A stretch of 64,000 bases of DNA from contig JBGSUN010000001.1 of the NCBI GenBank assembly GCA_041753475.1, positions 46,242 to 110,241 on the forward strand, given 5' to 3'. The notes under the pieces are model-generated. The model did no database searches, had not been told where the DNA came from, and worked only from the letters and a program-made list of their open reading frames with translations. The translations under genes and the position numbers were made by a program. This document shows, in pieces, positions 10,398-20,460 of this stretch (its first letter is position 1; every line of letters begins with the position of its first letter). Source of the DNA: Planctomycetaceae bacterium (lineage in GTDB: Bacteria > Planctomycetota > Planctomycetia > Planctomycetales > Planctomycetaceae).

Positions 10398-11594
10398 TTA
10401 TGAGCGCGTCACCGAAGTGGAAGCGGAGGGCACGGACCATTCCCAGCGCGGCCAACCGACGCCGCGCCAAATCATGAACGGCTTTTCAAACAACCAGAAC
10501 AAAACCGCGGAGATCACGAGTACGGCAGGGAGCAGCACGACAACATTGAGTGCCAGCGTCGGCACATATCCGGCATTGGGCCACAGCCCAAGGAGAAATC
10601 GCCCCACCGCGGAAATCAGTGCAAAGTGATAAAGGTAGATCGTGTAACACATGCCCCCAGTCACGACGATAGCGGGCTGCGTCAGAAGCATTTGGCAGTA
10701 ATGTCCCCGGAGCGAGCCAATGAACGCGACGATCGTTGCCAGCGGAAGCCAATGGTAGCCGCCGTTGACCATCTGAGTGGCCAGGACCGCACCCCAACCG
10801 CTGATCGCAACCAAATCCCACAGCCGGTGCACGGAGGGCGCTCCACGCCAATCGCTTGCATAAATGTCGGCGAGCAACAGTCCCACCAGAAAATGATCCA
10901 GATAATTCGGCAACGCGAACGGCCAGGATGTGACGAGCGGCCCGTTGCTCGCAATTTTGCTCCCCATGACCGCACCCAAGGCCAGCACGATCAAGCCGCG
11001 TCGCAACCAACGTGACGGTGCATACAAGACGGCAGTGAGCAGTGGGGCCACCAAGTAAAACTGGACTTCCACCTCGAGCGACCAGGCGACAAAGTTAATC
11101 GTACTCATGGTGCCATAAATCAAACCATGGACGTAACCGGCACTCGCCAGCCAATGCGGCCAGAGTTCCTCGAACGACATACCTTTCACGAGGACCAACA
11201 GCACACTCATGATGGCGAGATTGATCAAATAGGGCGGTTCGAGTCGCGTCAGTCGTCGCCAATAATAGCGGGACAAAGTCACTGTGGGTCGCTGCCCCAG
11301 CCGCGCCTCCATAAATGGCAAGCCAAGGATGAACCCGCTGATCGCAAAGAACAACGGCACACCGCAACCACCAACGTGCATCACGCGATGCAGCCATGTA
11401 GTGGCATAATCGGCCCGGCTCCAGTGCGGGTGCTTATGAACGACGTAATCTTCGAGATGGTAAAGTACGACGGCGAAAATCGCGATGCACCGCAGACCAT
11501 CGATCGCCGGGATGAATCGCCCGCCGGACGTCACGCGACCGAGGGCGTGCTGCACCGTGTTCAGTAAGCTTGCGATGGAACGCGAAACTGTCAT
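10398..11594 (-). CDS. Acyltransferase family 3 (OafA/NolL-like) membrane O-acyltransferase
   Basis: IPAIDGLRCIAIFAVVLYHL motif and about 10 TM segments. The start was moved to ATG 11594, which forms an ATGA overlap with the stop of the upstream GT gene. Confidence 0.8.
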   Translation of the reverse strand: MTVSRSIASLLNTVQHALGRVTSGGRFIPAIDGLRCIAIFAVVLYHLEDYVVHKHPHWSRADYATTWLHRVMHVGGCGVPLFFAISGFILGLPFMEARLGQRPTVTLSRYYWRRLTRLEPPYLINLAIMSVLLVLVKGMSFEELWPHWLASAGYVHGLIYGTMSTINFVAWSLEVEVQFYLVAPLLTAVLYAPSRWLRRGLIVLALGAVMGSKIASNGPLVTSWPFALPNYLDHFLVGLLLADIYASDWRGAPSVHRLWDLVAISGWGAVLATQMVNGGYHWLPLATIVAFIGSLRGHYCQMLLTQPAIVVTGGMCYTIYLYHFALISAVGRFLLGLWPNAGYVPTLALNVVVLLPAVLVISAVLFWLFEKPFMIWRGVGWPRWEWSVPSASTSVTRS

Positions 11595-12739
11595 CAGGCG
11601 GCTGTGCTCACGGCAAGCGGCGAGCACGAAAGCACGTCCAATAGCGGGCGAGAACACTCTTCCCAACGGAAACGGCGAACATTCACCAAGGCTTGCTGGG
11701 AGAGCGAGTTCCACGCGGCAGCACTAGTCAGCAATGGTTCGAGTAGATCCGCTGTCGCGAAGGGGTCGGATGGTGGACAAAAAACACCACCTTTCCCACC
11801 AATTTCCGGCATCGCACAACCCGTCGCTCCGACCACTGGGGTCCCGAATGCCTGAGCTTCGACCGCAGGAATTCCAAACGATTCACAGCGACTCATCAGC
11901 GCAAAAACACGGGCAGACGCATATTCCCGATGCAATTGTTCGACTGTGACTTCACCGACGATGGTCACTTGATTCTTGAGATTCAACCGGTCGATTTCCT
12001 GCCGAACGTGTCGTTCGTAGTCTCGATGCGGCCAGGAACCAACGAGGCGAAGCTGCGCGTCAATGCCGCGTCGTCGCAGATGCTCGATGGCGCTAACAAG
12101 TGTCTCGGCACCTTTCCACCGGGCCATGGTGGAAACGGAGACAATGGTCTGGGGTTGCCGTATGACGTGATTGGCTGCGGACTCTGCCGCGGCAAAGGTC
12201 GCTTCGTTGACGCCTTGATAAGCAATGCACGCCTGGCCTTCGGGCAATCCGGTCGCATTTTGACGATACAGGTCACGCATATGCTGCGAATTGTAGACCA
12301 TCACTGTGGCGTTTTGCCACGCGCTTCGATACGCCGCACGTTGCAGCCGGGCTTTGGCACGTTCGGTCCACGTGTGCGGAATGCCGGGCATCAGGCACCA
12401 CGGATTCTGTGCCAGCGAAATCTGCGGGACTGGACACCGCGGTAAGGCGGTCCCATTCGGTGTGAAGTACAAATCGCAAGCATAGCGGGTCAGCCAGCCG
12501 GGGATCTCCCAAGCTTCCCACAAGCTGCGGGTTGTCCAATGAACCGCGGACTTGGGTGCCGCCTTCCACGTGACGTTGGCATGATTCAGATCTGTGGGAG
12601 GCTGTTCCCCCGGCGCGTGCACAACCAGAAACTCATGCGTTCCGACCGTCCATTTCGCGAGTTGCTTCAGATGACCGTAGAGGACGTGACGGCCACTGAG
12701 GGAACCGATCGACAACGCATTCACCAGCACGCGCATCAC
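11594..12739 (-). CDS. GT4-family glycosyltransferase
   Basis: MRVLVNALSIGSLSGRHV N-terminus and C-terminal ESFGIPAVEAQAFGTPVVGATGCAMPEI. Confidence 0.85.
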   Translation of the reverse strand: MMRVLVNALSIGSLSGRHVLYGHLKQLAKWTVGTHEFLVVHAPGEQPPTDLNHANVTWKAAPKSAVHWTTRSLWEAWEIPGWLTRYACDLYFTPNGTALPRCPVPQISLAQNPWCLMPGIPHTWTERAKARLQRAAYRSAWQNATVMVYNSQHMRDLYRQNATGLPEGQACIAYQGVNEATFAAAESAANHVIRQPQTIVSVSTMARWKGAETLVSAIEHLRRRGIDAQLRLVGSWPHRDYERHVRQEIDRLNLKNQVTIVGEVTVEQLHREYASARVFALMSRCESFGIPAVEAQAFGTPVVGATGCAMPEIGGKGGVFCPPSDPFATADLLEPLLTSAAAWNSLSQQALVNVRRFRWEECSRPLLDVLSCSPLAVSTAA

Positions 12740-14070
12740 ACCCCCTCCGGCTGGCTGATTTCGCCCGGTGTTGGCACGGATGGCGGCATGGTGGGGACGG
12801 GTTTCTCCGGGACTGACGGGGCTTCGACGAGTTCGTGGAGCATGGCCGCGAACCGTGCCGTCTGGATCGAACGATCAAACTCGGCTTCGGCGATGCGGCG
12901 GGCGTTTTGACCGAGGGTGCGGACTTCCTCGGGATTGTCGGCGAGGAAGTTGATGACGTACGCCATCCGCTCAGCACCGGCATCGGGGCTGCTCGGATCG
13001 CAGACATAACCCACTTCCCGCTGCTGGATTAACTCGGCGAGTTCCGATTGCGGATCGGCCAGCGCGATCACTGCCGAGCCGGAAGCGAGGATGCCGTACA
13101 GTTTGCTGGGCATCAACAGGCCTGTGGCCTCGGGTTGCATCGAGATCAGGTGCACATCAGCCGCGCTCAAACTTTGCGCCAGTTGTTCGCGGGGCTGGTA
13201 CGGAAAGAAGCGAACGTTCGTCAGTTGGCGGGCCGCCGTCGCCGCAGCCAGTTCGGAGCGACGGGCCCCGTCACCGACTAAGGCAAAGCAGACCCGGGGA
13301 TGCTCACGCAGGGCCTCGGCGGCGTCCAGGATCGGCGTCAGAGTGTGCGCCAACCCCATGTTCCCGGAATACATGACGACGAAAGCGTCTTCGAGACCAT
13401 GCTCGCGCCGAAAGGCATTGACCTCTTTCTGAGGCTGCATGCGGGCCGTGTCGGCCCAGTTGGGAATCACGCGGAGGGCATCGGCGGAGACACCGTACTC
13501 ACGACAGGTGCGTTCCATGTCGCGACTGAGCACCACGACGCAATCGGCTTTACGATAGACGCCGAAGAGCAGCGACCGCAGGCAGCGACTGATCCAGCCT
13601 TCCCGAAGTTTACCGACGGCCACCGCGATATCGGGATAGATGTCTTGCAGATAGACGATGAACTTCGCCCCGTGTCGCCATTGCAGCCACCGGCCAACAA
13701 ACGCCAGCAGAAACGGGTCGGTTTCCGTGACGACCACGTCCGGTTTCCGCAGAGTGAGGCTGGCCCAGGCCGCGGAGAGCGTGAACGTCACGAGGTTCAA
13801 GACACGCCCGAGGAACGAATGCTTGCGGAACTGGGTGTGCCGCAGCCGCGTGATTCGCACGCCATTGTGCACTTCCGTGCCGGTCGACCGATAGGCCTCC
13901 GACGACGGTACCGCATTGGGTTGCCCGGCCACGACCTCGATCTCGAAGTCCTCACTGAGGTCTTCCAACAACTCAGTCAGCAACTGTCCGGTCGCTTCCA
14001 CATCCGGCCAATAGGACCGGTTGAAGAACACAACGCGGGGTTTCAAAGCGGTGGTCACGAGATCCATCAA
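12736..14070 (-). CDS. GT4-family glycosyltransferase (WcaI-like)
   Basis: VVFFNRSYWPDVEATGQLLTELLEDL N-terminus typical of WcaI-like enzymes, plus a C-terminal GT-B domain. Confidence 0.85.
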   Translation of the reverse strand: MMDLVTTALKPRVVFFNRSYWPDVEATGQLLTELLEDLSEDFEIEVVAGQPNAVPSSEAYRSTGTEVHNGVRITRLRHTQFRKHSFLGRVLNLVTFTLSAAWASLTLRKPDVVVTETDPFLLAFVGRWLQWRHGAKFIVYLQDIYPDIAVAVGKLREGWISRCLRSLLFGVYRKADCVVVLSRDMERTCREYGVSADALRVIPNWADTARMQPQKEVNAFRREHGLEDAFVVMYSGNMGLAHTLTPILDAAEALREHPRVCFALVGDGARRSELAAATAARQLTNVRFFPYQPREQLAQSLSAADVHLISMQPEATGLLMPSKLYGILASGSAVIALADPQSELAELIQQREVGYVCDPSSPDAGAERMAYVINFLADNPEEVRTLGQNARRIAEAEFDRSIQTARFAAMLHELVEAPSVPEKPVPTMPPSVPTPGEISQPEGV

Positions 14071-14102
14071 AAAACAGCGATCACCGGCCGATCACCAGCC
14101 AA

Positions 14103-15170
14103 TCAGTTATGCGCCGCGGTCAAGGTCGCTAAGTCGTGGTTTACCATCATCCGGACGAGGCCCTGGAAATCGACCGTCGGTTCCCAGTTCAACTCCTTCC
14201 GCGCCCGGGTGGCATCTCCCAAGAGCAGGTCGACTTCAGCGGGACGGAAGTAACGGGGATCGACACGCACCAAGACGCGTCCATCCGGGCCCACGCCCTC
14301 TTCTTGTTCACCTTCGCCGCGCCACGTCAACGTCAGCCCGACATGGCCGAAAGCGAGGTCGCAGAATTCCCGCACGGAATGGGTTTCATTCGTGGCGATG
14401 ACGTAATCATCGGGTGTATCCACCTGGAGCATCATCCACATGGCCCGGACGTAATCACCGGCGAAACCCCAGTCCCGCTTGGCGTCGAGGTTCCCCAGGT
14501 ACAACGCTTCCTGCCGGCCGCGTTTGATCGCCGCGACCGCGCGGGAGATCTTGCGAGTCACAAACGTCTCGCCGCGGCGGGGCGATTCGTGATTGAAGAG
14601 AATCCCATTGACCGCAAACATCCCGTACGACTCACGGTAGTTGCGCGTGATGTAGAAAGCATACGCCTTCGCCGCCGCATACGGACTGCGGGGATAAAAC
14701 GGCGTCGTCTCCTTCTGCGGAGTCTCGACGACTTTCCCGTACAGTTCCGATGAGGAGGCCTGATAGAACCGGCAATTGAGTCCGAGTTCGCGGATCCCTT
14801 CCAGCAACCGCAGTGTCCCCATCCCGGTGACATCCCCCGTGTATTCAGGGATTTCGAACGACACCTTCACATGCGACTGGGCACCGAGGTTGTAGACCTC
14901 GTGGGGCTTGACCCGTTCCAGCATCGTATGCACGGACGACCCATCGCTGAGATCGCCGTAGAAGAGCCGCAATCGGAGATCCGCATCGTGTGGATCCTGG
15001 TAGATATGATTGATGCGCGCGGTGTTGAATGAGGATGACCGGCGGACCATTCCCCAGACTTCGTACCCCTTGGTGAGCAGCAGCTCCGCCAGGTACGAAC
15101 CGTCCTGTCCGGTGATACCGGTGAGCATCGCGGTCTTGCCGTTACGAGGCGGTAGTGACCGTGCGGTCAT
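14103..15170 (-). CDS. gmd: GDP-mannose 4,6-dehydratase
   Basis: [43 protein letters not shown] and [20 protein letters not shown]. The preferred start is ATG 15170, preceded by AGGA; the track ORF begins at TTG 15215. Confidence 0.95.
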   Translation of the reverse strand: MTARSLPPRNGKTAMLTGITGQDGSYLAELLLTKGYEVWGMVRRSSSFNTARINHIYQDPHDADLRLRLFYGDLSDGSSVHTMLERVKPHEVYNLGAQSHVKVSFEIPEYTGDVTGMGTLRLLEGIRELGLNCRFYQASSSELYGKVVETPQKETTPFYPRSPYAAAKAYAFYITRNYRESYGMFAVNGILFNHESPRRGETFVTRKISRAVAAIKRGRQEALYLGNLDAKRDWGFAGDYVRAMWMMLQVDTPDDYVIATNETHSVREFCDLAFGHVGLTLTWRGEGEQEEGVGPDGRVLVRVDPRYFRPAEVDLLLGDATRARKELNWEPTVDFQGLVRMMVNHDLATLTAAHN

Positions 15171-15196
15171 CAATTCAATTCCTGTGGTCGCGGGAC

Positions 15197-15236
15197 AAAG
15201 ATGTCGGCAAGCCAACTAAAGATGTCGGCAAGCCAA
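15197..15236. repeat. Tandem direct repeat, two perfect 19-nt copies (AAAGATGTCGGCAAGCCAA) with a 21-nt period
   Basis: The copies lie at 15197-15215 and 15218-15236, in the short spacer between the fcl stop and the gmd start. Confidence 0.9.
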
Positions 15237-15242
15237 TTTGGA

Positions 15243-16205
15243 TCAGACAGCCAGGGAGCCCTGCGCGAGATACCAATCGTAGGTCTGACGCAGCCCCTCA
15301 TCGAGGTGGCGTTGGTGCTTCCAGCCGAGGTTGTGCAGCCGACCGACATCGAGCAGTTTCCGCGGCGTGCCGTCGGGTTTCGTCGTGTCGAAGTTGAGTT
15401 CCGCCGCAGGGTACACGATGCTCCCAACCAAGTGGGCGAGTTCCCGGATCGTCACTTCTTCACCGGTGCCGACGTTGATCGTTTCCGGAGCATCGTAGTG
15501 CTCCAGCAGAAACAGGCAGGCGTCGGCGAGATCGTCCACGTGCAGGAATTCCCGCCGCGGTGTTCCGGTGCCCCAAATCGTGACGGCGCGATCGCCACGC
15601 AGCTTTGCTTCGTGAAACTTGCGGATCAGGGCCGGCACGACGTGCGAACCTTCGAGATCGAAATTGTCATAGGGACCGTAGAGATTCGTCGGCATCGCGG
15701 AGATGAACCGGCAGCCGTACTGTTCGCGGTAGGCCTGACACGACAGCAGACCCGCGATCTTGGCAATCGCATAGCCGTAGTTCGACTTCTCGAGTGGCCC
15801 CGTCAACAGAGACTCTTCGCGAATCGGTTGCGGGCATTCCCGTGGATAGATACAGGAACTACCGAGATACAACAGCTTTTCGACACGGTGGTCGCAGGCG
15901 GCCCGGAGCACCGTGGCGTGAATCAGGAGATTGTCGTACAGGAAATCGGCCTGGGCGCGGGAGTTGGCCAGAATGCCACCGACTTTGCCCGCCACGTGAA
16001 TCACATACTGCGGCTGGTGATCCCGCACCCACCCGCTGACAGCCGCTTGATCGCGAAGATCCAACTCCGCATGGGTCGCCGTCAGCAGCGATGTGAATCC
16101 CGCCGTTTGCAAGCGGCGGACCACCGCGGAACCGACTAAGCCACGATGTCCCGTCACCCACACGCGGGCCGAACGGGGGATTGCCGATGATTCCATCGTC
16201 GTCAT
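15243..16205 (-). CDS. fcl: GDP-L-fucose synthase (GDP-4-keto-6-deoxymannose 3,5-epimerase/4-reductase)
   Basis: [26 protein letters not shown] (YxxxK) and [11 protein letters not shown]. It lies directly upstream of gmd. Confidence 0.93.
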   Translation of the reverse strand: MTTMESSAIPRSARVWVTGHRGLVGSAVVRRLQTAGFTSLLTATHAELDLRDQAAVSGWVRDHQPQYVIHVAGKVGGILANSRAQADFLYDNLLIHATVLRAACDHRVEKLLYLGSSCIYPRECPQPIREESLLTGPLEKSNYGYAIAKIAGLLSCQAYREQYGCRFISAMPTNLYGPYDNFDLEGSHVVPALIRKFHEAKLRGDRAVTIWGTGTPRREFLHVDDLADACLFLLEHYDAPETINVGTGEEVTIRELAHLVGSIVYPAAELNFDTTKPDGTPRKLLDVGRLHNLGWKHQRHLDEGLRQTYDWYLAQGSLAV

Positions 16206-16208
16206 GGT

Positions 16209-16793
16209 CTAAACGACTTCTTCGAGTTCATAGTCGCCGAGTTCCATCGATGCGCCGCGCTGGATGAAATTCACCATCACCAGCAGTTTGCGGGCTCCAT
16301 GCCGCTTGAGGACGACTCCTTCCACACCGGCGAACGGCCCGGTCTTCACACGGACCCGCATTCCCGGCTGGAGGCGTTCTTCCGGAGTGAGCGGCACTCC
16401 CAACGCGATGAGCTGGTGCAGTTGCCGCAGCTCGGCGACGAATGCGGTGGGATCGGCCACGGCCAAGGCACGGCTGACGCACCCCGTGGAGACCGAGTCA
16501 TACCGCGCTTCGTTGTCGCCGCGCAGGAAGACATAATTGGGAAACAGCGGCAGAAAGCTGGACCGCGGGCGTCCTCCCGCCGATCGGTATCGTTTTTCAA
16601 TGATCGGGCAGTAGAACCCGTGCCCGGCGGCCAGCAGGTGCCGGCAGAGTTGCTTCTCTTGCCGTGCCAGGGTGTAAAGCACCCACCACGGTTCCCCCGC
16701 CGTGGGTTCCCCGGAGGCCTGTTCCCCACCCGTCGGTTCGATGTCGAACAGACTTTCGGGGTAAATGATTGGTTCAGCACGAAGGAGTGGCAT
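16209..16793 (-). CDS. NusG-family transcription antiterminator paralogue (UpxY/RfaH-like)
   Basis: NGN-like WWVLYTLARQEKQ...LPLFPNYVFL and a KOW motif GMRVRVKTGPFAGVEGVV. It is the first gene of the long minus-strand glycan operon. Confidence 0.8.
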   Translation of the reverse strand: MPLLRAEPIIYPESLFDIEPTGGEQASGEPTAGEPWWVLYTLARQEKQLCRHLLAAGHGFYCPIIEKRYRSAGGRPRSSFLPLFPNYVFLRGDNEARYDSVSTGCVSRALAVADPTAFVAELRQLHQLIALGVPLTPEERLQPGMRVRVKTGPFAGVEGVVLKRHGARKLLVMVNFIQRGASMELGDYELEEVV

Positions 16794-17365
16794 GGGAATG
16801 CGACCTGATGGCCTCTCACCAATAACTCATCAACACGATTTCAGGAGCGCGGCTTCGGCAACACGTTTGTCAGGTTCCGCGCGGACTTCGTCCCCGTGGG
16901 TGACGGATCGTGTTCGAAACCATCCCGCTTCACGATGAGCCTTCCGTGCTCAGCGAATCGCAGACCGCTTCTCGTGCGAGAAGAAACCTGCGCTTCGAAT
17001 GGCATCCTGCCGTCCTACTTACCTTACCGGACCGATGAACCGCGCATCACTTTGCAGTTCGCTGAATACGGTCGAATTACAGAGACTCCGGACACCGGGG
17101 CGATTTTCCCGGTCATTCCATACGCACATTCTGTGCAGATCACGCGAAACTTGTCACTCCGCAGGGTGTTCTCACACGAAATTGTCGCCGTTTCTCTGTT
17201 TTCGCTCACGCAGTCTACGGAGTTTCTCTCCGTTGACCGTTGCGAGCCGGGTTGCGAGTCATCTAGCTTCCCAGTGCTGTGGTTTCTTCGGCCATCCTGC
17301 GGGACCCGGTGCTCTGCCGAGGGTGTTGTTCCACCGGCGAACAGGGTGAAGACCGGGACACGAGC

Positions 17366-18865
17366 TCACGAAACCGAGAGTGACATGTGCTTGTCCGACT
17401 CCGGCTCGGCTGCGGTCCCGAGAATGTCCATCACCTGCGTCTCAAACGGCTTCAGCGACTCCATGAGTTCGCTGCTCCAGAGAAACGGACTGACGCCGTT
17501 GGGCACCACGCCCGAAACTTTCAGCCGCCCGATTTCGTGCCGCCCCCACATCAGCGGGATGTCCGAGGCCCAGTGCATGCGGTAGGTCCCCAGGCTGCGG
17601 CGTTGCCAACTGGCATGGTAAACCTCACCGAGCATCGGGGCATTCACATTGAAATTCAGCTCGGACAGATCAAACCGCTCGGCAAATTGCACCAGCGATT
17701 CCCAGGATTGCTCAAACTCCCGGTTGCCGTGAAAGCGTGAAAGATGCGGTTCGTTTGCCACAGGATGGTGGGGCAATCGCCAGCAGGAATTGAGAAATGA
17801 CCGCACGCGACGCCACAACAATCCACACTCGGCGTGACCGAAGGAGCGAGTCAGCACCATCAGCGACACGACAGCGGCGCAGACGATGATCGCCATCGCC
17901 TCGCTCTTCCAGAAGACAGACGCCAAGGCTCCGGCACCGCAAATCAGGCTCATCGCGGCGATCACCAGCACGGTGCCGACGTGTCCCAAGCCGTAGCGTT
18001 GGAGGACATGGTGCAGATGCCCGCGATCCGTCGCATACAGGCTTTGTCCGGTCAGTTTCCGGCGGAGAATCGCGATTCCGACATCAAAAATGGGAATCGC
18101 CCAGATGGCGGCCGGGGCGATGAGTGCCACCGTCGCCGGCCCTTTCAACGAGCCGCGAATTGCCAGAACACCCAGTGAGAACCCAATAAACATGCTTCCC
18201 GCATCACCGAGAAAAATCTTGGCCGGAGCCCAGTTGTAGGGCAAGAATCCCAGCAAAGCCCCGGCGATCATCGCGGCGACGGCCGCCTCGCCGACGTTAC
18301 CCATCATGGCGGCGAGGATGCTGATGGCGACGCTCTGCAGAATACCGACGCTGGTGGCCAAGCCATCCACGCCGTCGATCAGGTTCAAGGCATTCACGGC
18401 CCCCAGCAGCCAGAACATGGTCAGCGGGACGGACAAGAGCCCCAAGTGAATCTTATAGCCGAATAAATCGACTTCGCTGATGAGCACGCCCCCCGCAATC
18501 GCGACGGCGGCGGCAGCAATCTGGCCCAGTAATTTCTGGCGTCCGCGCAGCTGCCAACGGTCGTCGACCAGACCAACGAAGCAGATGAGGACCGTGGCAA
18601 ACGCTCCACCGCACAAGACCAGCGGTTGGTTTAACAGATTCCGGGCCCATGGGAGGCCGGCCAGGAGGGCGAAGGCAAAGGCACCCGCCACCGAAAGCAA
18701 GATCGCCACGCCGCCGCCGAGGGCCACGGTTCGCCCGTGGAGTTTGCGGTAGCCGTCCGGGGCATCGACAATGCTGGCCCAAATCGCCACGCGCCGGACG
18801 ATGGGGGTCAGCGCAAGCCCCAAACCGATGCTAATCAGGGCGGGAAGGACACAGTTAATCCACAT
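17366..18865 (-). CDS. Undecaprenyl-phosphate sugar-1-phosphate transferase (WecA/MraY family) with a ~150-aa C-terminal extension
   Basis: FVGLVDDRWQLRGRQK, NALNLIDGVDGLA and FLGDAGSMFIGF motifs of the MraY/WecA family. About 10 TM segments are followed by a non-membrane tail. Confidence 0.85.
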   Translation of the reverse strand: MWINCVLPALISIGLGLALTPIVRRVAIWASIVDAPDGYRKLHGRTVALGGGVAILLSVAGAFAFALLAGLPWARNLLNQPLVLCGGAFATVLICFVGLVDDRWQLRGRQKLLGQIAAAAVAIAGGVLISEVDLFGYKIHLGLLSVPLTMFWLLGAVNALNLIDGVDGLATSVGILQSVAISILAAMMGNVGEAAVAAMIAGALLGFLPYNWAPAKIFLGDAGSMFIGFSLGVLAIRGSLKGPATVALIAPAAIWAIPIFDVGIAILRRKLTGQSLYATDRGHLHHVLQRYGLGHVGTVLVIAAMSLICGAGALASVFWKSEAMAIIVCAAVVSLMVLTRSFGHAECGLLWRRVRSFLNSCWRLPHHPVANEPHLSRFHGNREFEQSWESLVQFAERFDLSELNFNVNAPMLGEVYHASWQRRSLGTYRMHWASDIPLMWGRHEIGRLKVSGVVPNGVSPFLWSSELMESLKPFETQVMDILGTAAEPESDKHMSLSVS

Positions 18866-19338
18866 ACGGAACGTTCGGCCTCAAACGCGGTATTGGCGAA
18901 TCAACCCAAAGCACCTGTCAATCCATGAGAATGCATCGTCCAGCGAGCGTAGCCCCGGCAAAGACCTCGGTCAATCAAGAAATGACTAAAGATTTCGATC
19001 CACACCGTCTTTTAATGGACCTCTCCATCCTCAACTCAGTAGAACTCCTCGTAGCCCCCTTCTGAATGCTCATTTCGCATCAATCCGGCTTAAAATGAGC
19101 GATCGCTGATGCCTTCCGCGATCGAGGTCAGGAACTTTGCAGCACGCGAACCCAGATGCTCGGAATTGGGCGGTGACTGCAGCTTGCCGGCTTGCTCAAG
19201 AACCACTGCCGGTCGTCAATCCCGAGGAACTTCGCTATCCTCAGTGTGGCCTCACTGAGGACAGCCCAGCCGGCGAAAACGAGCATGACCAGGGCATCGC
19301 AAAACTCTTATCAATAATGGGATACGAAAGACACGCCG

Positions 19339-20448
19339 GTGCAGAACACCTCGAAACCCACATCCGCCTGGGAGCGAGTTCGCGGCCATGAACGTCCCCG
19401 GACGGCGTTCGAACATGCGATTCGGACCGGCCGACTGACGCAGGGCTATGTCCTCTCCGGTCCAGAAGGCATCGGCAAGCAACTCTTTGCCCGGGGGCTG
19501 GCGCAGGTCCTGCTCTGCCAAGAACCGGCCCGGAACACACTCACGCCGTGTGGAGAATGTCCGGGCTGCCGATCGTTTCTCGGCGGAGCGCATCCCGACT
19601 TTCACTTCGTGCAGCGTGATCCGGGCAAGCGCGAGGTCACCATCGAAAAAATGCTCGGCCCCAAGGAGCAGCGAGGGCGGGCGGGGCTGTGTCACGATTT
19701 GTCATTGCGGCCCCACGAAGGGTCGCGCAAGATCGCCGTCATCAACGACGCTGATTCCATGAACGACGAAGCGGCGAATGCCCTGCTCAAGACATTGGAA
19801 GAGCCGCCGGAACGGGCGGTGATCTTGCTGATCGCCAGTAATTATGACGCTCTCTTACCCACGATCCGGTCGCGGTGCCAAGTGGTTCGGTTTGATCCAC
19901 TGCCGGACGACATCCTCGCCGCCCTGATCATCGAGCAAGGCTTGGCAACCACTCCGGAGGAAGCCGCCGCGCTGACGGCGCTGGCCAATGGCAGCCTGGC
20001 CGTGGCGAAACATCTGGCGGCCCCCGCGTGTCGGGATTTGCGGCGGAAGTTGCTCACGGCGTTGTCACAGCGGCAATGGAATGGGATCGGTGTCGCCCGC
20101 GATCTGGCAGCTGCGGTCGAAGAGGCGGCCGGTGATGTTCCCGAACAGCGGTTGCTCGCCACCTGGTTGCTCCGCGCGGCCATCGAGTTTTACCGCACCG
20201 CATTATGGCGCGTGGTCCACCCGGCGGTGGCGGCGCCAGGCGGTATTGTGGAAGCGGTGGGATGGGTCGATTCCCAGCGAGCGGACACTGAATCGGTGGT
20301 CGACTGGCTCGGCACGCTCATTGAGCGGTGCCTGCAGGCCGTCGGACATCTGGAGCAAAACGTCGGCGTCGCCCTCTGTCTCGAAGCCGCCTTGGCCGAT
20401 CTTGCGCGCCCGATGCCCGGCACGACGCCTTCCCCCGCACGACGGTAG
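19339..20448 (+). CDS. holB: DNA polymerase III delta-prime subunit
   Basis: RLTQGYVLSGPEGIGKQLFARGLAQVLLC, the CGECPGCR zinc module, HPDFHFV, and ANALLKTLEEPP. Confidence 0.85.
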   Translation: MQNTSKPTSAWERVRGHERPRTAFEHAIRTGRLTQGYVLSGPEGIGKQLFARGLAQVLLCQEPARNTLTPCGECPGCRSFLGGAHPDFHFVQRDPGKREVTIEKMLGPKEQRGRAGLCHDLSLRPHEGSRKIAVINDADSMNDEAANALLKTLEEPPERAVILLIASNYDALLPTIRSRCQVVRFDPLPDDILAALIIEQGLATTPEEAAALTALANGSLAVAKHLAAPACRDLRRKLLTALSQRQWNGIGVARDLAAAVEEAAGDVPEQRLLATWLLRAAIEFYRTALWRVVHPAVAAPGGIVEAVGWVDSQRADTESVVDWLGTLIERCLQAVGHLEQNVGVALCLEAALADLARPMPGTTPSPARR

Positions 20449-20460
20449 GGGCAGCGCCAC

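Noticed and set aside
13300-16139. Plus-strand ORFs 13300-14253 (317 aa), 14136-14753 (205 aa) and 15201-16139 (312 aa) opposite the GT4, gmd and fcl genes
   Set aside because: The minus-strand frames are near-textbook gmd, fcl and GT4 sequences. The plus-strand products are low-complexity with no motifs.
16896-17585. 229-aa plus-strand ORF covering the leader region upstream of the NusG-like gene
   Set aside because: - It has poor codon bias.
- It runs into the 3' end of the wecA-like gene on the opposite strand.
- Its composition is Ser/Cys/Arg-rich and no family was recognised.
- The region is treated as an untranslated leader or promoter instead.
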